DNA of 59,503 nucleotides from a virus (Duplodnaviria; Caudoviricetes): IMG/VR virus record IMGVR_UViG_3300043715_000001, positions 1 to 59,503 of that record; one strand, 5' to 3'. Shown piece by piece: positions 8,509 to 20,269 of this stretch (position 1 is its first letter; each line of letters starts with the position of its first letter). The notes under the pieces were generated by a model. It saw only the letters and a program-made list of their open reading frames with translations, ran no database searches and was not told where the DNA came from. The position numbers and the translations under genes were made by a program.

Positions 8509-9543
8509 ATGGGTGAGGTAGTTTTGTTTCAAGGGGATAACGGTAAACTCCCCGCACATATCCAGAACGCGTTCGGCACCCCTGCCGAGAACAGCGATCT
8601 CTCGTCCGGCATCGGCGGGAGCTTCCCGGTGATCAGCATCAAAGGCAAGGTGTTCCACGTCTGCCAGGGCGACGATCGCCAGCTTGTCGCCAACGACGAA
8701 GGCGATGCCAAGTCCTCGATCGACGTGGTGATCTACAAGGCGAACCCTGGCGTCTCGAAGGTGTATTATCCCGGTGGCTACGTCGAGGGCTCCGAGGATA
8801 AGCCAACGTGCTACTCCAACAATGGCATCGCCCCGGCGCTGGACGCGCAAGAGCCGCAGTGCACGAAGTGCGCAATCTGCCCACACAACGCGTGGGGTAG
8901 CCGTATCACGGAGAACGGGGCCAAGGGCAAAGCCTGCTCAGACAGCCGACGTTTAGCCGTAGCGCCCCTTGGGGACCTGGAGAACCCCATGCTGCTGCGC
9001 ATCCCCGCGGCCACGCTGAAGGACCTGACGGGCTATGCTAACCTGCTCACGCGGCGCGGTGTGCCTTACAAGGCCGTCGTCACCAAGATCGGGTTCGACC
9101 ACAGCGTGGCGCATCCCAAGCTCACCTTCAAGCCGACGCGCTTCCTGTCGGACGTTGAGGCCGAGATCGTGGTCGACGTGCTTGAGCGTCCGGTCATTGC
9201 GGAGATCGTCGGACTGGCACCTGAAGAAGGGCAGACTCTCGACATCGAGGGCACGCCACCGAAGGCGCTCATGAAGTCCGAGCCCGAGAAGAAGACCACG
9301 CCACCCAAGACGCAGGCGAAGCATCTCGCCACCGTGGAGGATGCCGAGCAACTTCTCGAGGACCCCAAGCCCGCAACCGAGCCAGAGCCGAAGCAGGAGG
9401 CTGCGCCACCGGCACAGATGAACGGCAGAACCAGGAAGCCTGCCGCCGCCAAGCCTGCCGCCGCCAAGCCTGCCGCGAAGGTAGTGGCTGACACCGACCA
9501 GTCGCTGGACGATATCCTCGCCAGTCTCGAAGACGACGACTAG
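8509..9543 (+). CDS. Putative ssDNA-binding/annealing protein with Zn finger
   Basis: CTKCAICPHN..GS...GKAC motif, low-complexity linker and acidic tail LEDDD; GGAGA RBS before ATG 8509 (alternative start 8497). Confidence 0.7.
   Translation: MGEVVLFQGDNGKLPAHIQNAFGTPAENSDLSSGIGGSFPVISIKGKVFHVCQGDDRQLVANDEGDAKSSIDVVIYKANPGVSKVYYPGGYVEGSEDKPTCYSNNGIAPALDAQEPQCTKCAICPHNAWGSRITENGAKGKACSDSRRLAVAPLGDLENPMLLRIPAATLKDLTGYANLLTRRGVPYKAVVTKIGFDHSVAHPKLTFKPTRFLSDVEAEIVVDVLERPVIAEIVGLAPEEGQTLDIEGTPPKALMKSEPEKKTTPPKTQAKHLATVEDAEQLLEDPKPATEPEPKQEAAPPAQMNGRTRKPAAAKPAAAKPAAKVVADTDQSLDDILASLEDDD
9436..9476 (+). repeat. 15-bp coding tandem repeat (KPAAA)
   Basis: AAGCCTGCCGCCGCC x2 plus a partial third copy. 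Confidence 0.8.
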
Positions 9544-9560
9544 GGTTAAATGATTTAACC
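9544..9560. repeat. 17-bp palindrome copy 2, upstream of the HTH gene
   Basis: AGGGTTAAAT-G-ATTTAACCCT, perfect dyad 9542-9562. Confidence 0.8.
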
Positions 9561-9580
9561 CTGACAATGGGATACGACTG

Positions 9581-9853
9581 ATGTTTGCCGACGCCAAAGC
9601 TGCAATGATGCAACCGTGCGACTTCGCTAGGCTGCTGGGCATCAGCCGTATCACCGCCTCGTTCTGGTTTAGTGGGCGCAACCGCCCCCACCATCTTTTA
9701 ACTGCGCGCGTCCAGAGGTTGCTTGACGCAGTTCGCGCCTGCATGGATACTGGCGCATTCCCCGTCCCCCGTGATGTTAGTCGGAGAGAACGTGGTCTCT
9801 ATATCCGCAAAGCCCTTGAGGGCGTCGGATGGAACGACAACCCGGATAGCTGA
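9581..9853 (+). CDS. XRE/Cro-like HTH protein
   Basis: MQPCDFARLLGISRITASFWFSGRNRP HTH pattern. Confidence 0.7.
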   Translation: MFADAKAAMMQPCDFARLLGISRITASFWFSGRNRPHHLLTARVQRLLDAVRACMDTGAFPVPRDVSRRERGLYIRKALEGVGWNDNPDS

Positions 9854-9907
9854 CATCGACGACACAGGGTCCCGCCCTAGCTGTGTCGGTGCCCTGCCCC
9901 TCCCCAG

Positions 9908-12835
9908 GTGGACGCGATGGACACGCAGAGTTTCTTCGACTTAATTCTCCCCTCTACAGGTAAGCGTTGCGTAGCTCTACATACTAACGGAAAGTGGAAA
10001 CATCACTGGCCTTCTGACAACAAGACGCTAACAACAATGGTAGCTATGTTGGATGGCGCGGGACGCGGTGAAGTCTATTTTGGCTGCGCGTCCTATGACA
10101 GGTCAGGTAGCCGCACGAAGACCGCCATTGTGGCGCTTAAAGTGTTCCGGCTCGACATTGACTGTGGCGACGGCAAGAAGTACGCCACTCAAGGCGAGGC
10201 TAAACAGGCGCTGAAAGCTTTTTGCTCGGCGCTGAAGTTGGACCTTCCGATGATCGTGAACTCAGGCAATGGCCTTCATTGCTATTTCATCATGATCGAG
10301 GACATGACGCTGACCGAGTGGGAGCCGACTGCTGATCTTCTGAAGGCAGCCACACAAAAGTTCGGACTCCATGCTGACCACCATGTGACAACCGACGCAG
10401 CGCGGGTGTTGCGTCCGATCGGCACCTACAACCGCAAGGACCCCGCCAACCCTAAAGAAGTAAAGCTGGACAGAGACGCAGACCCTATCTCGCACGCCGA
10501 GTTCCACATGCGGCTGCAGGATTACCTTGGCACCCCCAGCGGTGGCGGCATCGCTGGCGTCATGCCCGCGGCGCTGGCTGGGCTGGACGACACGTCCCTT
10601 AGTGGCCCAGTACGCGTTGACCTGCCCTCGGATGCTAACATCATCGCTAACAAGTGCGCAGCCATAGGCGAGATGCGGGACAAGCTCGGAGACATAGACC
10701 AGCCGCACTGGTACCACTCCCTCCAGGTGCTGTGCCGTACCGTGCAGGGCGACGAGGTATGCCACGAGTGGAGCAAGGGCCACCCCAACTACAGCGCTGC
10801 TGAGACGCAAAAGAAGATCGAGCAAGTCCGCAACTTTAGAGCGACGACTTGCGAGAAGTTCAACGACGTATGTGATGCCTGTAAAGGTTGTCCGATAAGG
10901 GGGACCATCGTGTCCCCTATCACGTTGGGCGAGAACCGCACTCCGCAAGCGACAGCGCCAGCACCAGCACCAACCACACCACAGCCTACTAACGCACCAG
11001 CGCCAGCCCCGATCGTATACCCATACCCCTATGGCTGGGGACCGATCATAGGCTCTAACGGCAGAAGTGTCCTGTGGAACACCAAGCGCGTCGAGCAGCC
11101 CAAGGATGACGGCACCACGGGTTACGTCGACGAGAAGTACGAAATCCTGGACCACAACCTATATGCAGATGCGCGCGTCATCACCAACGGCACCTACTCG
11201 ATGAACGTGGTGTCTATGCCTAACAAAGGCGAGCCGGAGAATATCCAGATAGAGTGCAGCCTGTTGAACGACGGCGGACCTGAACTATTCAAACAGCTGG
11301 GAGCTAAAGAGGTGTTACTTCAACGGAACCAGAAAACTGAGCTACACAGATACTTGGTCGCGTGGGCGAGGCAGCTGAGGGAAACCCACGACAAGATGCC
11401 CGGCGTCATGCAGTTCGGCTGGCACGGGGACGGCTTCGCCATCGGCCACGACTATCTTAAGCCCAACGAACGCTTGAACGCTGCGCTGCGAGCGCCCGCC
11501 ACAAGTCTCGCTGATCACCTAACCACGAAGGGCGATCTCGTCACGTGGGTTGACGCCGTCGACCAAGCGTATAACAAGCCCGGCGACGAGGCGTTCCAGT
11601 TCTGTGTGATGTCAGCCTTCTCGTCTCCCCTGTGGTCGATGTTCGGCGAGGGCAGCGGCATCGTGTCATACGCCTACTCGCAGGACTCGGGGAAGGGCAA
11701 GACGACAGCGTACAAGGTTGCCTTGTCGGCCTGGGGCTTCTACGACAAGCTCATGCGCGTGCACAAAGTCACCACCGAGAACGCGTTGTATCAGTTCATA
11801 GGCGCGATGCAGAACCTGCCTGTGGTGCTGGACGAGTTTACCAACGCCACCGACGAAGAAGCCAGCCGCATCGCGTACACCGTGTCCTCGGGCGCGGGTA
11901 AGCTGCGCATGACGAGTGACGCCCAGATGCGGGAAACTCTGGGCTGGAGCACGATCGTCTCGCTGACCGGCAACCGACCGATCACAGAGATGCTGGCGCG
12001 CCACAGAGCCAACGCTGAGGCTGAGCAGCTGCGCGTCTGGGAGTTCACAATCGACTCACAATCGAGCGTCGACCCTAACGACGCGCTTGGTGTGTTCCCC
12101 ACCTTCACCGATCACTACGGCCACGCCGGGCGCGCCTATGCTGAGTATCTTGTGTCGAACCGGGACGCCGTGAAAGCTCAGCTGATGGCCAACCGGGTGA
12201 AGCTCAACACCGCGCTGAAGCTCTCAGGCAAGGAGCGCTACTGGTCTATGCTGATCGCCTGCACCGTGACCGCGCTTGAAATCTGCCGTAAGCTTAACTT
12301 GCTACGGTTTGACGTGAAGGAGATGCTGAAGTGGCTCAAGGGCCAGCTCGCCAACAATCGCGGCCAAGTCACCGCCAACACCCAAGACCCGCTTACGCAG
12401 TTCCAGCAGATGCTCACCGACATGAGCGGGCACATCCTCAACACGCAGGAAGTCATAGGTGGACAAAGTCTAGCGCATATCGTGAGCACTCCTCGCGCGC
12501 CGATCGCTGGCCGTTACATCAGCAATATATCAGGCACCAGGGAAACGCTGTACGTTTCACGAGAAGCGATCAGGCTGTGGTGCGGGAAGCACGGCACCTC
12601 CTACACCGACATGTACCGTGAACTGCTGAACCACAAGCTCATAAAGAAGCAAGGCACCAAGGACTCGCGTAAGACGCTTGGTTCCGGCACAGGCATCTCC
12701 ACCGGGGCAGTGCCCTGCTGGGATGTAAACATGGCTACCATGCGCGCCATGTATCCAGACTTGGCGGTGGGCCACACGGGCGGGGCCAAGGTATTAACCG
12801 TGCACACTGGAGGCAAGCAAGCTGCGACACCTTGA
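9908..12835 (+). CDS. Primase-helicase (AEP/RepB-like primase, PriCT-like, DUF927/SF3 helicase)
   Basis: LDIDCG, SGNGLHCY, DAARVLRPIGTYNRK; Cys cluster; Walker A SGKGKTT and Walker B VVLDE. Confidence 0.88.
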   Translation: MDAMDTQSFFDLILPSTGKRCVALHTNGKWKHHWPSDNKTLTTMVAMLDGAGRGEVYFGCASYDRSGSRTKTAIVALKVFRLDIDCGDGKKYATQGEAKQALKAFCSALKLDLPMIVNSGNGLHCYFIMIEDMTLTEWEPTADLLKAATQKFGLHADHHVTTDAARVLRPIGTYNRKDPANPKEVKLDRDADPISHAEFHMRLQDYLGTPSGGGIAGVMPAALAGLDDTSLSGPVRVDLPSDANIIANKCAAIGEMRDKLGDIDQPHWYHSLQVLCRTVQGDEVCHEWSKGHPNYSAAETQKKIEQVRNFRATTCEKFNDVCDACKGCPIRGTIVSPITLGENRTPQATAPAPAPTTPQPTNAPAPAPIVYPYPYGWGPIIGSNGRSVLWNTKRVEQPKDDGTTGYVDEKYEILDHNLYADARVITNGTYSMNVVSMPNKGEPENIQIECSLLNDGGPELFKQLGAKEVLLQRNQKTELHRYLVAWARQLRETHDKMPGVMQFGWHGDGFAIGHDYLKPNERLNAALRAPATSLADHLTTKGDLVTWVDAVDQAYNKPGDEAFQFCVMSAFSSPLWSMFGEGSGIVSYAYSQDSGKGKTTAYKVALSAWGFYDKLMRVHKVTTENALYQFIGAMQNLPVVLDEFTNATDEEASRIAYTVSSGAGKLRMTSDAQMRETLGWSTIVSLTGNRPITEMLARHRANAEAEQLRVWEFTIDSQSSVDPNDALGVFPTFTDHYGHAGRAYAEYLVSNRDAVKAQLMANRVKLNTALKLSGKERYWSMLIACTVTALEICRKLNLLRFDVKEMLKWLKGQLANNRGQVTANTQDPLTQFQQMLTDMSGHILNTQEVIGGQSLAHIVSTPRAPIAGRYISNISGTRETLYVSREAIRLWCGKHGTSYTDMYRELLNHKLIKKQGTKDSRKTLGSGTGISTGAVPCWDVNMATMRAMYPDLAVGHTGGAKVLTVHTGGKQAATP

Positions 12836-12942
12836 TACAACTGCGGCGAAAGTTTAGCTTAACCGTGGCGCGAAACAGGTATATCAAACTGTTAGCGCTG
12901 GGGAGGCAGGCGTGAGAATAACTAACAGATGGGTGGGGCCAC

Positions 12943-13125
12943 ATGCAAGAGGCGCAAGAGCTTGAAGATGAGATTGAAGAACTGCTGGGTGAGTTCTTCG
13001 AAGACGACGGTACACCGGACCCGGTACAGCTGGCGATCGACAGCGGCTGTCCCTTGATTTACGGCCCGCGCCGTGCTATTTCTCGACACGACATAGCAGT
13101 CTCTGCATTGTCTCCACCAGCGTGA
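12943..13125 (+). CDS. Small acidic hypothetical protein
   Basis: 60-aa ORF followed by a terminator. Confidence 0.4.
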   Translation: MQEAQELEDEIEELLGEFFEDDGTPDPVQLAIDSGCPLIYGPRRAISRHDIAVSALSPPA

Positions 13126-13146
13126 TGGCGGGTTGCGCTGCTCCTC

Positions 13147-13176
13147 GGCCTCGGATACTATCCGGGGCCTTTTTTT
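13147..13176 (+). terminator. Rho-independent terminator
   Basis: GGCCTCGGAT/ATCCGGGGCC stem followed by T7. Confidence 0.8.
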
Positions 13177-13193
13177 ATGAAGGATATTAACTG

Positions 13194-13790
13194 ATGGCTG
13201 AATGTTCAGAATGCGGCAAGTCTTTCACACCTCGCGATCCGCGCATAGTGACGTGCTCAAAAGAGTGCAGCAAGGTGAGGGCGAAGAAGACTCAGAAGGC
13301 GCGCAACGATCGCTACTACGCGACCAACAAAGAGAAGGTCTGCGAGAACGTTAATCGCTACCGTGAGGCGAACAAGGAGAAGATCGTCGAGTCCAAGAAG
13401 CGCTACACCGAACTCAACAGAGATGGTGCCAGGGCGCGCAGCAGTCGCTGGTGGAAAGCTAATAAAGCACAACACAAGGAAACCTGCGAACGCTGGAGAC
13501 AAAACAATCCTGACATGGCTGCCGCCATAAAGCATAGACGACGTGCACACGCAGCTGGAGCAGAGGGCTCGTATACACCAACCGACATTGCTGAGATACG
13601 GTTAAGGCAGGGAGGCGTCTGCGCCACGCCCGGCTGCGGCTGCAGAAAGCTGACAGTCGATCACATTATACCCTTGTCCAAGGGTGGATCGAACTGGCCG
13701 GGCAACATTCAATTGCTCTGCAGACCATGCAACGCTGCCAAGTGTGACCGCGACAACGACGAGTTCATGGCGGCGCGTGCCGCCGCCTAG
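13194..13790 (+). CDS. HNH endonuclease (paralog A)
   Basis: N-terminal CxxC..CSKEC; C-terminal LTVDHIIPLSKGGSNWPGNIQLLCRPCNAAK. Confidence 0.9.
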   Translation: MAECSECGKSFTPRDPRIVTCSKECSKVRAKKTQKARNDRYYATNKEKVCENVNRYREANKEKIVESKKRYTELNRDGARARSSRWWKANKAQHKETCERWRQNNPDMAAAIKHRRRAHAAGAEGSYTPTDIAEIRLRQGGVCATPGCGCRKLTVDHIIPLSKGGSNWPGNIQLLCRPCNAAKCDRDNDEFMAARAAA

Positions 13791-16700
13791 TCTTCCTCCG
13801 CCTCTTCCCTGGCCTGACGCAGACCAGGGGACCTCGGTTTGTACTGGACCCCGGACACGGTACTTCTTTCTCTCAGTCTCTGGTTCTGCGCCGCGTTGGC
13901 CAGCGTGCTCATCGGGGACCGCGGCAGCCCCTCAGCGAACTTGGCGTCCTGAAGTTTCATGAACCGCTCGCGCGCATCCGACATAGCCGCGCTGTCGCTG
14001 ACGCGCCGAGCGTTGGTGAACTCCAGCACAATGCGCTTCGTGCGGTCCTTAAAAAACTGCTCCTTCGTGTTCTCTACACCCGAGCCGCGCAGGCGCTCCG
14101 CTTCGGCGGCGGTCGGTATTCCCAGAGCCGTGGCGAACGAATGGCCGAAGCTGATGTCCTCCGGCTTCATGAGCTGGTCGGCGCGCCGGTTAGTCACACC
14201 TTGCTCGCTTTCGCGTAGAGCCTTCGACACGTTGGCCGCGCCCTTAGGCAGGAACTTCTCCAGTCCTTTCCAGTAATCCCACTGGTGCATGAGGTCGAGA
14301 CCGTCTGCCCATTGCGGCACGATGCTGCCGAACGTCGGCCCGAGTAGCGAGAGCAGTGCGGACTTGGCGGTGTCGACGTACGACGTGCCCGGCTCGTCCT
14401 TCAGGAACGGGAACACCGAGGTCGCCGTGCCAAGGCCGACACGATCGCTGATGTCCACGCCGTGGGTGCCGAGCGTCGGCACGCCTTTTAGTAATATATT
14501 AGAGATAGCTTCGTCCCCAATCCATTTGCGCAGCTTATCCTCCATATCGAACGGCTCGTTGTCGTCAGTGAAGAACTTGTTGATCAACCACTTCGCAGTA
14601 GCCATGCCGGGGAGCGCCATCGCGCCACCGAGGATAGCAGCATGAGCCACAGTGAACGCCAACGCCTTACGGGCCGCGGCTTTCTCCATGGGATCAGCGC
14701 CTTGCAGAGACCCAGACGCCAGCTTCGCAAGCAACGACGCCTGCATGATGCTGAACTTCCGGAACTGGGTTACTACGCCCATGACGCCACCGCGCATAAA
14801 CCGAGGCGCATTGAAACTGCTGTAATCCCCGTGCGTGTCGTAGATCACCTTGTGGGCGTAGTCGACAGCGCCCGCGTGCGCTGCGTCAGCGGCCTTACCC
14901 TCTGCTAGTAACTTCGTGCGCTCCAGCTTGTAGGCGGCGATGCCGGTCGAGACACGGTTCACCGCTTCGAGCTTGCTTGTCAGGTCGCTGAAGAACTTGA
15001 CCACCTTAGAGGCGTTACCGATCAGACCGCTGTTGTCCAGCGCGCTCGTTGAGCCAAGCTCCATGTGCTGGCCCACATTGATGATGCCGCGATCAGATAG
15101 CTCGTTGATGGCGTTGCGCACGTTGGCGTCGGCGATCTTGCTCGTGTCCAGCTGCCCATGCCCGGCACCGCTCCACAGCTTCGCTGTATCCTTGTAGGCT
15201 TTGCCCATGGCGTTGACCGCCGTGGTGTAGCCGTGCCTGCCTGCCATGAACGGCGTGGAGAGCAGCGCGGGCTGCATGACTTGTTCCAGATAGAACGCTG
15301 GAGAACTGATGATCATGTACGCGCCAGTGAAGCCCTTTACCTTGTTCGCGAACGGTGCCGGATCGTAGATCATGCCGCCCGCGTGGCGTCGCATGAGTTC
15401 GTTGAAGATCGTCATCGCGTTGCTGTCGGGACTACCCTTAGCCTCGTCCCGCATCTTCGAGATCGTATCAAGGATGGTGTCGTTATGTTTCATGGACGCC
15501 ACGAAGTGCGCGGCAGCGCGCCCCTGTGTGATGAACGCCTTCATTTGATCCATGTCGCCACCGCCAACGCCGATGCGGCGAAGCTCGGACTTGCGAGACG
15601 ATGCCTGACGCAACGACCGGATGTAAAGGTCCGCCGCCAGCTTGTTGATGCCGTGCAACACCTTCGGGTCCATCTCGCCCTCGGGGACTTGGTCCTTGAT
15701 GAAGTTGCGCAGCTGCTGGAACGCCAGCATCATGTTGCGAGCGCCGACGAGGTGATCGGTGGACTGGTCGGTCTCCCTCGCGTCAAGCACGTTGTCGAAC
15801 TGCGGCATCTTGCGCAGTTCACGAACCACCGCCTGGGCAGCAGCCTTCGTGTCGTATTGGCGCATAAAATAATGATCCTCCTGCGCCTTCAGAGCCGTCA
15901 CGCGTTTAGTGTCGCCAGCGGCTTCGGCGTCCTTCAACTCCTTGCTCTTGGCGAATGCCACGAACGCGCCATAGCGCCGCTGCGGGTTGTAGGGTTCGGC
16001 CTCCTGGATGTCGAACAGCTTCTGGAACTCGCCCGCCGCCATATCCCGGTCGGCGCGCAGAGCGTCTATTAACGCCTTGGGCTTGCCGTCAGCCTCAGCC
16101 TTCTTGATCACTGCGTCGTAGACGCCAGCTGTGCCCGCGCTCGCCGCTTCCTTCTGCAGCTGCAGCATCTCATGGTTCTTGCGGAACACCTCTTTCACCA
16201 CGTCCTGCGCCTCCTTGGGAAGCGCGTTGAACTTCGCCGCCATCGCCGGGTCGACCGCCACCGAGAGCGGGTTGGTGGTGCGTTTGGTCAGGAACTCTGG
16301 CTCGAACCCCCACTTCTTCTCGTTGTTCATTGCTTGGATGACGCCGTTGACCGTGCCGTCTCCAACCTTCTGAAGCTCCGGCTTCAGCGCCTGGAAGCTG
16401 TCGAGAGTCTTCTGGTAGTCCGCCTCGTGGCCGCGGTACTCCTGCGCCTTAGCCGTCATGTCTTTGACGTACTTAATAGCCGAAGGCACTATCTGCTTGG
16501 CGCGTGCGGCTAGGTCTTCTGTGAACGCAACCCGCGAGATGGCGCGGTCCTTGAAGTCGCTGAGCGTGTCAAGGATGCCGTGCGCGACAGGCTTCAAGCT
16601 CTCAGGAAGTTTGTCGATCGCGGCGGAGCGTGCCTTAATATCTTGAGAGGAGAACGAACCTGTGACGCGATCGCGGGTGCCCATCTCTCCACTCTCGATC

Positions 16701-19700
16701 GAGCGGAAGATGTCCTCGGGGTTGCGCGCGCCGAACGCCTGCCGGATGGCGTCGAAGAAGCTCTTGAGCTTGTTAAAGAGGCCGGTGGCCTGGAACACGC
16801 TACGGTCGCCACCTGCCCACTTGGCGTAGCCTTCCGCGAAAAGCTCCTCGTTGCGCTCGGCAGGAGACAGGTTCTTGTAGACATCATCGATATGGTCGGC
16901 GAGAGCCGTGTTGCGCCGCAGCGCGTTGACCACCGGGTCGAACTCTGGGTCCTTAAGCACGCCGATCTCGCGCAGGTGGTGAACCACCTCGTGGTTGAGC
17001 GCTTGGTACATGTCTCGCGCGCCGTTCATCGCCACGGTGATCATGCGCCTGGTCGCCGAGTAGACGGCGTTAGCCGGACCTTCCTTCGTCTGCAGCAGAT
17101 TGTGACTTATGACCACGCCAGCGTCGTGGAGCCCCAGCTGGTCGAGACGCTTCCGGAGCCGGTCAGCCGCCATCCCCATCTCATACCACGTGAACTCGGG
17201 CCGCTCGGTGGTGTCTGTCGAAGCTTGGCGCTTGATGCGCGTGCCGCTGGCGTCAGCCATCGCACCTTGCGAGTTACGGTCAACCGCGGCGTTGAGCATG
17301 TCTTGCAATTTCTCAGGCGAGACGTTGCCCTGCTCTGCTAACACAGACAGCTGCTGATACTCGCGCGGCTTCAGGAGTCCGCTCTCTCCGTCCCTGGCCA
17401 GATAGCTCTGGGCATCCTGGAGGACGGAGTCGTAGGTTACTTGCCCTTGGGCTTGGCCTTCCCTGCCTTCTTGAGCGCGATCGCCACCGACTGCTTCTGC
17501 GGTCTGCCGCTCTTCTCCAACTCCGCTATGTTCTCCCCGATCACCTTGCGGCTCTTGCCTTGCTTCAGTGGCATTGGCTCTCTCCTGTCTGCGCTCCGCT
17601 ACGGCGCGCTTAATCTGATCGCCCCTGGTCTCAACCTTGGGCGGGCTCTGGTCGACGGACTTCTTCACGCGGCCAGTCGGCGTGAACATCTCACCCTGCT
17701 TGTTGCTCGGGGTGTAGCTCAGACCTTCCTGAGGCGCGGGCTCTGGCGCGGGCTCGTGGATATCCTCGGGCCGCTGACGTTGCAACTTAAAGTTCGCCGG
17801 CGAATTGGGATCACGATCTACGGTATTGTCGACAGCCTTGCGCACGCGCGCGGTGCCGCCCTTGCCGGACTGGGTGCCGGGCGTAAACATCTCCTGCTGC
17901 CGTGTGTCGGGCGGTGGCGCTGGCTCGGGCGGTGGCGCGTTCCTGGCTTCCCTGGCTTCACGGCGCGCACGCGCTGCCTCGATGGCTTGGTTGCCTTCCT
18001 CGCTCTGGAGTTCCAGCCGGAAGCCCTCGGGTCCGTAGGTTCCACGGGTTGTGTTAGTAGCGCGGGGTGCGTTGCCGCCTTCGCCGGGCGCGCCACCCTC
18101 CTGCGCGGTGTGCTCGAAGATAGGTTCGTTGCCTGCGCCGGGGATCATGTCGGGCTTGCTGAATGCCTCGATCGCGTCCTGACGCTGCTGCTGGAGTTCC
18201 TGTATCCGGTCGACGGCTTCCTGCTCGTGCGGGCGCAGCTCGGGGTCCAGGCCGTTGCGCTTCAACGTGTCAGCGATGCGCTCCGCGTGGTTCCTCTCGA
18301 TCGGGTCAGCGAGCGCCTTCTGTACGATCGCGTGCCGGTGGGCATCGGAGACCGTCTGCGCGGCCTGCGCCATCTGGGCCTCGCGCTGTTGTTGCGCGTG
18401 TGCGGCCTGACTGGCTTGCGTGTCCGCGGCGTTCTTCGCCTGCATCTGCGCAACGGCGTCGTCGGCACTCGCCGATGGCTGTGTAACCTGTGCGCCGGTC
18501 ACGTCACCACGTTGCTTGGCCTCCTGCGCGTAGGCGTCGGTCATCCTGGCGCTGAAGTCTTTCACGATGTTGCGCCCGGCAGTCAGGACAGCCAACCGTT
18601 CCTTGACCGTCTTGCCTGAGACGTTAGCGTTCTCAAGCCCTTCGTGCACGGCGTCGAGCAGCCTGTTAGCACCTATCGGGTTGTCGTTCTTCAAGTGCGC
18701 AGCGATGCCGTTGGCGAGCTTGATAGTGAAGGCGTCGGCCTTCTGCGTGAACCCTTTAGCTGTCTCGGTCGGAGTTTTACCTGTGGGGGTACGCGAACCC
18801 TTATAGTCGGACGCGAGGCGCAACCGGGTCAGAATTTCTCGCATGCCGAAGTCGGAGCGCACACTCACGGTAGGCTTAAGCCCGAACAAGCTCGGTTGGC
18901 CAGCACCTGTTAGTGGCGTGGGCTGCGATCCTCCACTGAGGGGTGGAGCCGGGGCTTGCTGCTGGTCCGGATTAACCCTGAACAAATCACCCTGTGTTCC
19001 CTCGGGCGACTGCGCGAGCGCTTCGCTGCGAAGGTCCGGCGTGCGACCAATGTTCCCTTGCGCGTCACCATAGAGTGGTGGACGGAACTTGTCGGGGCTC
19101 GGCAGCTGCAGTTGAGGTGGCGGCGTGGGACGCGGTGGCGGCGTCTGGGGCAACTCACGCTGCTGGTCCGCCATGTTGGCGGCGGCGCGCTGCTGACCAC
19201 GAGCCAAGTCCTGCATCGCCGGGTGCGCAAGCGCCGCGTCAACCTGCCCAAGCGCGCCCTGAAACTTGTAATAGTCCGATATGTTATTGGCGTCCGCGGC
19301 GTCCGCCATCGCGCGACTTAGCCGTGAGCGCTCAGCCTGCAAGCCTGCCAAGTCTTCGACGCTGGGAACCGCGGGGCGCGCGGGCGCTTGAGGTCCGATC
19401 GGCTGATTGTCCTCGGGCGTATTGCCGAATAAGTCCCTATCGAGACTACGGTTAACACTAGTGTCGGCGTCCGGCGCTGCCTCGGACTCCGGGGTAGGCT
19501 GAAGCAAGTCACGCTTCCCAAGCTTACCCGCCAACGCGTGCCCCGTGAGACCGAATGCACCGCCAACGGCGAGGCCGGACACGGCTTGATTAGCATAGTC
19601 CCACATAGCGTCGGCGTCGGTAAGGCTGTCGCCACTGGCCGCGCGTGACGCTGCAGCTATGGCAGGGTTCATCAGCGCCTGCTCTCCAGCGCTCTTAGCT

Positions 19701-20269
19701 GTCGCCGTGAGGAGGTTGGCCGCCTCGCCACGTACCATGGAGCCGCCGACGCCACCGACTGAACCGAGTACGCCAGCGAACGCGCCAGCGCCGAGAGCAG
19801 CCGGGATGTTATCGTTGCCTGTCTCGCGCTGCCGCTGGCGGACATCGCCATAGGTCTGCGCGCCCATCGTGCCGCCCATCAGAGCAGCGCCCGCGGCAGG
19901 GTTGACTGCACCAGCGGCAAGACCACCGGCCACCATTGGAAGCGTCTCAGCGCCTCTCTCCACCCCGTACATAAGCGCAGAGCCGACACCGTGGATGTCG
20001 GACACGCTCGGGTAGGCTGCCGGGTTATTCTCGACTCGCTCCCTGCCCCACTTCCTCACAGCCTCGCCGGTCTCGGGCGCAACGTCTTCCAACGCAGAGC
20101 CGACGCCCTCGGCCATCTGGCCCGCGCCGCGCTTAATGCTGCCCCAAGTGTGGTACTCGGCAGGCTCTTTCGGAAGCTCGATACCCGCGATCTTGAACGC
20201 GTCGTCTACCGACGTGCCGTCCGCAAACTTGCTGAGCCCGATACCAGGTAAATTATAATACACCGACAT
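13787..20269 (-). CDS. Giant internal virion/ejection polyvalent protein (zincin-like metallopeptidase and PLxRFG-like region)
   Basis: 2160 aa, last gene of the late operon; Gly/Ala hydrophobic N-terminal region, NHEVVHH...EELFAE motif, [10 protein letters not shown] motif. Confidence 0.75.
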   Translation of the reverse strand: MSVYYNLPGIGLSKFADGTSVDDAFKIAGIELPKEPAEYHTWGSIKRGAGQMAEGVGSALEDVAPETGEAVRKWGRERVENNPAAYPSVSDIHGVGSALMYGVERGAETLPMVAGGLAAGAVNPAAGAALMGGTMGAQTYGDVRQRQRETGNDNIPAALGAGAFAGVLGSVGGVGGSMVRGEAANLLTATAKSAGEQALMNPAIAAASRAASGDSLTDADAMWDYANQAVSGLAVGGAFGLTGHALAGKLGKRDLLQPTPESEAAPDADTSVNRSLDRDLFGNTPEDNQPIGPQAPARPAVPSVEDLAGLQAERSRLSRAMADAADANNISDYYKFQGALGQVDAALAHPAMQDLARGQQRAAANMADQQRELPQTPPPRPTPPPQLQLPSPDKFRPPLYGDAQGNIGRTPDLRSEALAQSPEGTQGDLFRVNPDQQQAPAPPLSGGSQPTPLTGAGQPSLFGLKPTVSVRSDFGMREILTRLRLASDYKGSRTPTGKTPTETAKGFTQKADAFTIKLANGIAAHLKNDNPIGANRLLDAVHEGLENANVSGKTVKERLAVLTAGRNIVKDFSARMTDAYAQEAKQRGDVTGAQVTQPSASADDAVAQMQAKNAADTQASQAAHAQQQREAQMAQAAQTVSDAHRHAIVQKALADPIERNHAERIADTLKRNGLDPELRPHEQEAVDRIQELQQQRQDAIEAFSKPDMIPGAGNEPIFEHTAQEGGAPGEGGNAPRATNTTRGTYGPEGFRLELQSEEGNQAIEAARARREAREARNAPPPEPAPPPDTRQQEMFTPGTQSGKGGTARVRKAVDNTVDRDPNSPANFKLQRQRPEDIHEPAPEPAPQEGLSYTPSNKQGEMFTPTGRVKKSVDQSPPKVETRGDQIKRAVAERRQERANATEARQEPQGDRGEHSGVGEERQTAEAVGGDRAQEGREGQAQGQVTYDSVLQDAQSYLARDGESGLLKPREYQQLSVLAEQGNVSPEKLQDMLNAAVDRNSQGAMADASGTRIKRQASTDTTERPEFTWYEMGMAADRLRKRLDQLGLHDAGVVISHNLLQTKEGPANAVYSATRRMITVAMNGARDMYQALNHEVVHHLREIGVLKDPEFDPVVNALRRNTALADHIDDVYKNLSPAERNEELFAEGYAKWAGGDRSVFQATGLFNKLKSFFDAIRQAFGARNPEDIFRSIESGEMGTRDRVTGSFSSQDIKARSAAIDKLPESLKPVAHGILDTLSDFKDRAISRVAFTEDLAARAKQIVPSAIKYVKDMTAKAQEYRGHEADYQKTLDSFQALKPELQKVGDGTVNGVIQAMNNEKKWGFEPEFLTKRTTNPLSVAVDPAMAAKFNALPKEAQDVVKEVFRKNHEMLQLQKEAASAGTAGVYDAVIKKAEADGKPKALIDALRADRDMAAGEFQKLFDIQEAEPYNPQRRYGAFVAFAKSKELKDAEAAGDTKRVTALKAQEDHYFMRQYDTKAAAQAVVRELRKMPQFDNVLDARETDQSTDHLVGARNMMLAFQQLRNFIKDQVPEGEMDPKVLHGINKLAADLYIRSLRQASSRKSELRRIGVGGGDMDQMKAFITQGRAAAHFVASMKHNDTILDTISKMRDEAKGSPDSNAMTIFNELMRRHAGGMIYDPAPFANKVKGFTGAYMIISSPAFYLEQVMQPALLSTPFMAGRHGYTTAVNAMGKAYKDTAKLWSGAGHGQLDTSKIADANVRNAINELSDRGIINVGQHMELGSTSALDNSGLIGNASKVVKFFSDLTSKLEAVNRVSTGIAAYKLERTKLLAEGKAADAAHAGAVDYAHKVIYDTHGDYSSFNAPRFMRGGVMGVVTQFRKFSIMQASLLAKLASGSLQGADPMEKAAARKALAFTVAHAAILGGAMALPGMATAKWLINKFFTDDNEPFDMEDKLRKWIGDEAISNILLKGVPTLGTHGVDISDRVGLGTATSVFPFLKDEPGTSYVDTAKSALLSLLGPTFGSIVPQWADGLDLMHQWDYWKGLEKFLPKGAANVSKALRESEQGVTNRRADQLMKPEDISFGHSFATALGIPTAAEAERLRGSGVENTKEQFFKDRTKRIVLEFTNARRVSDSAAMSDARERFMKLQDAKFAEGLPRSPMSTLANAAQNQRLRERSTVSGVQYKPRSPGLRQAREEAEED
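17437..17574 (-). CDS. 45-aa basic protein nested out of frame in the giant gene (MPLKKG.S../QAVAIA small phage protein type)
   Basis: CAGGAGAGAG RBS; [45 protein letters not shown] followed by TAA. Confidence 0.7.
   Translation of the reverse strand: MPLKQGKSRKVIGENIAELEKSGRPQKQSVAIALKKAGKAKPKGK

Noticed and set aside
15158-18619. Long plus-strand ORFs opposite the giant gene (and similar ones at 4480-5415, 10262-11155, 26402-27349, 34369-35226)
   Set aside because: Antisense shadows expected from GC-rich codon bias; no recognisable motifs
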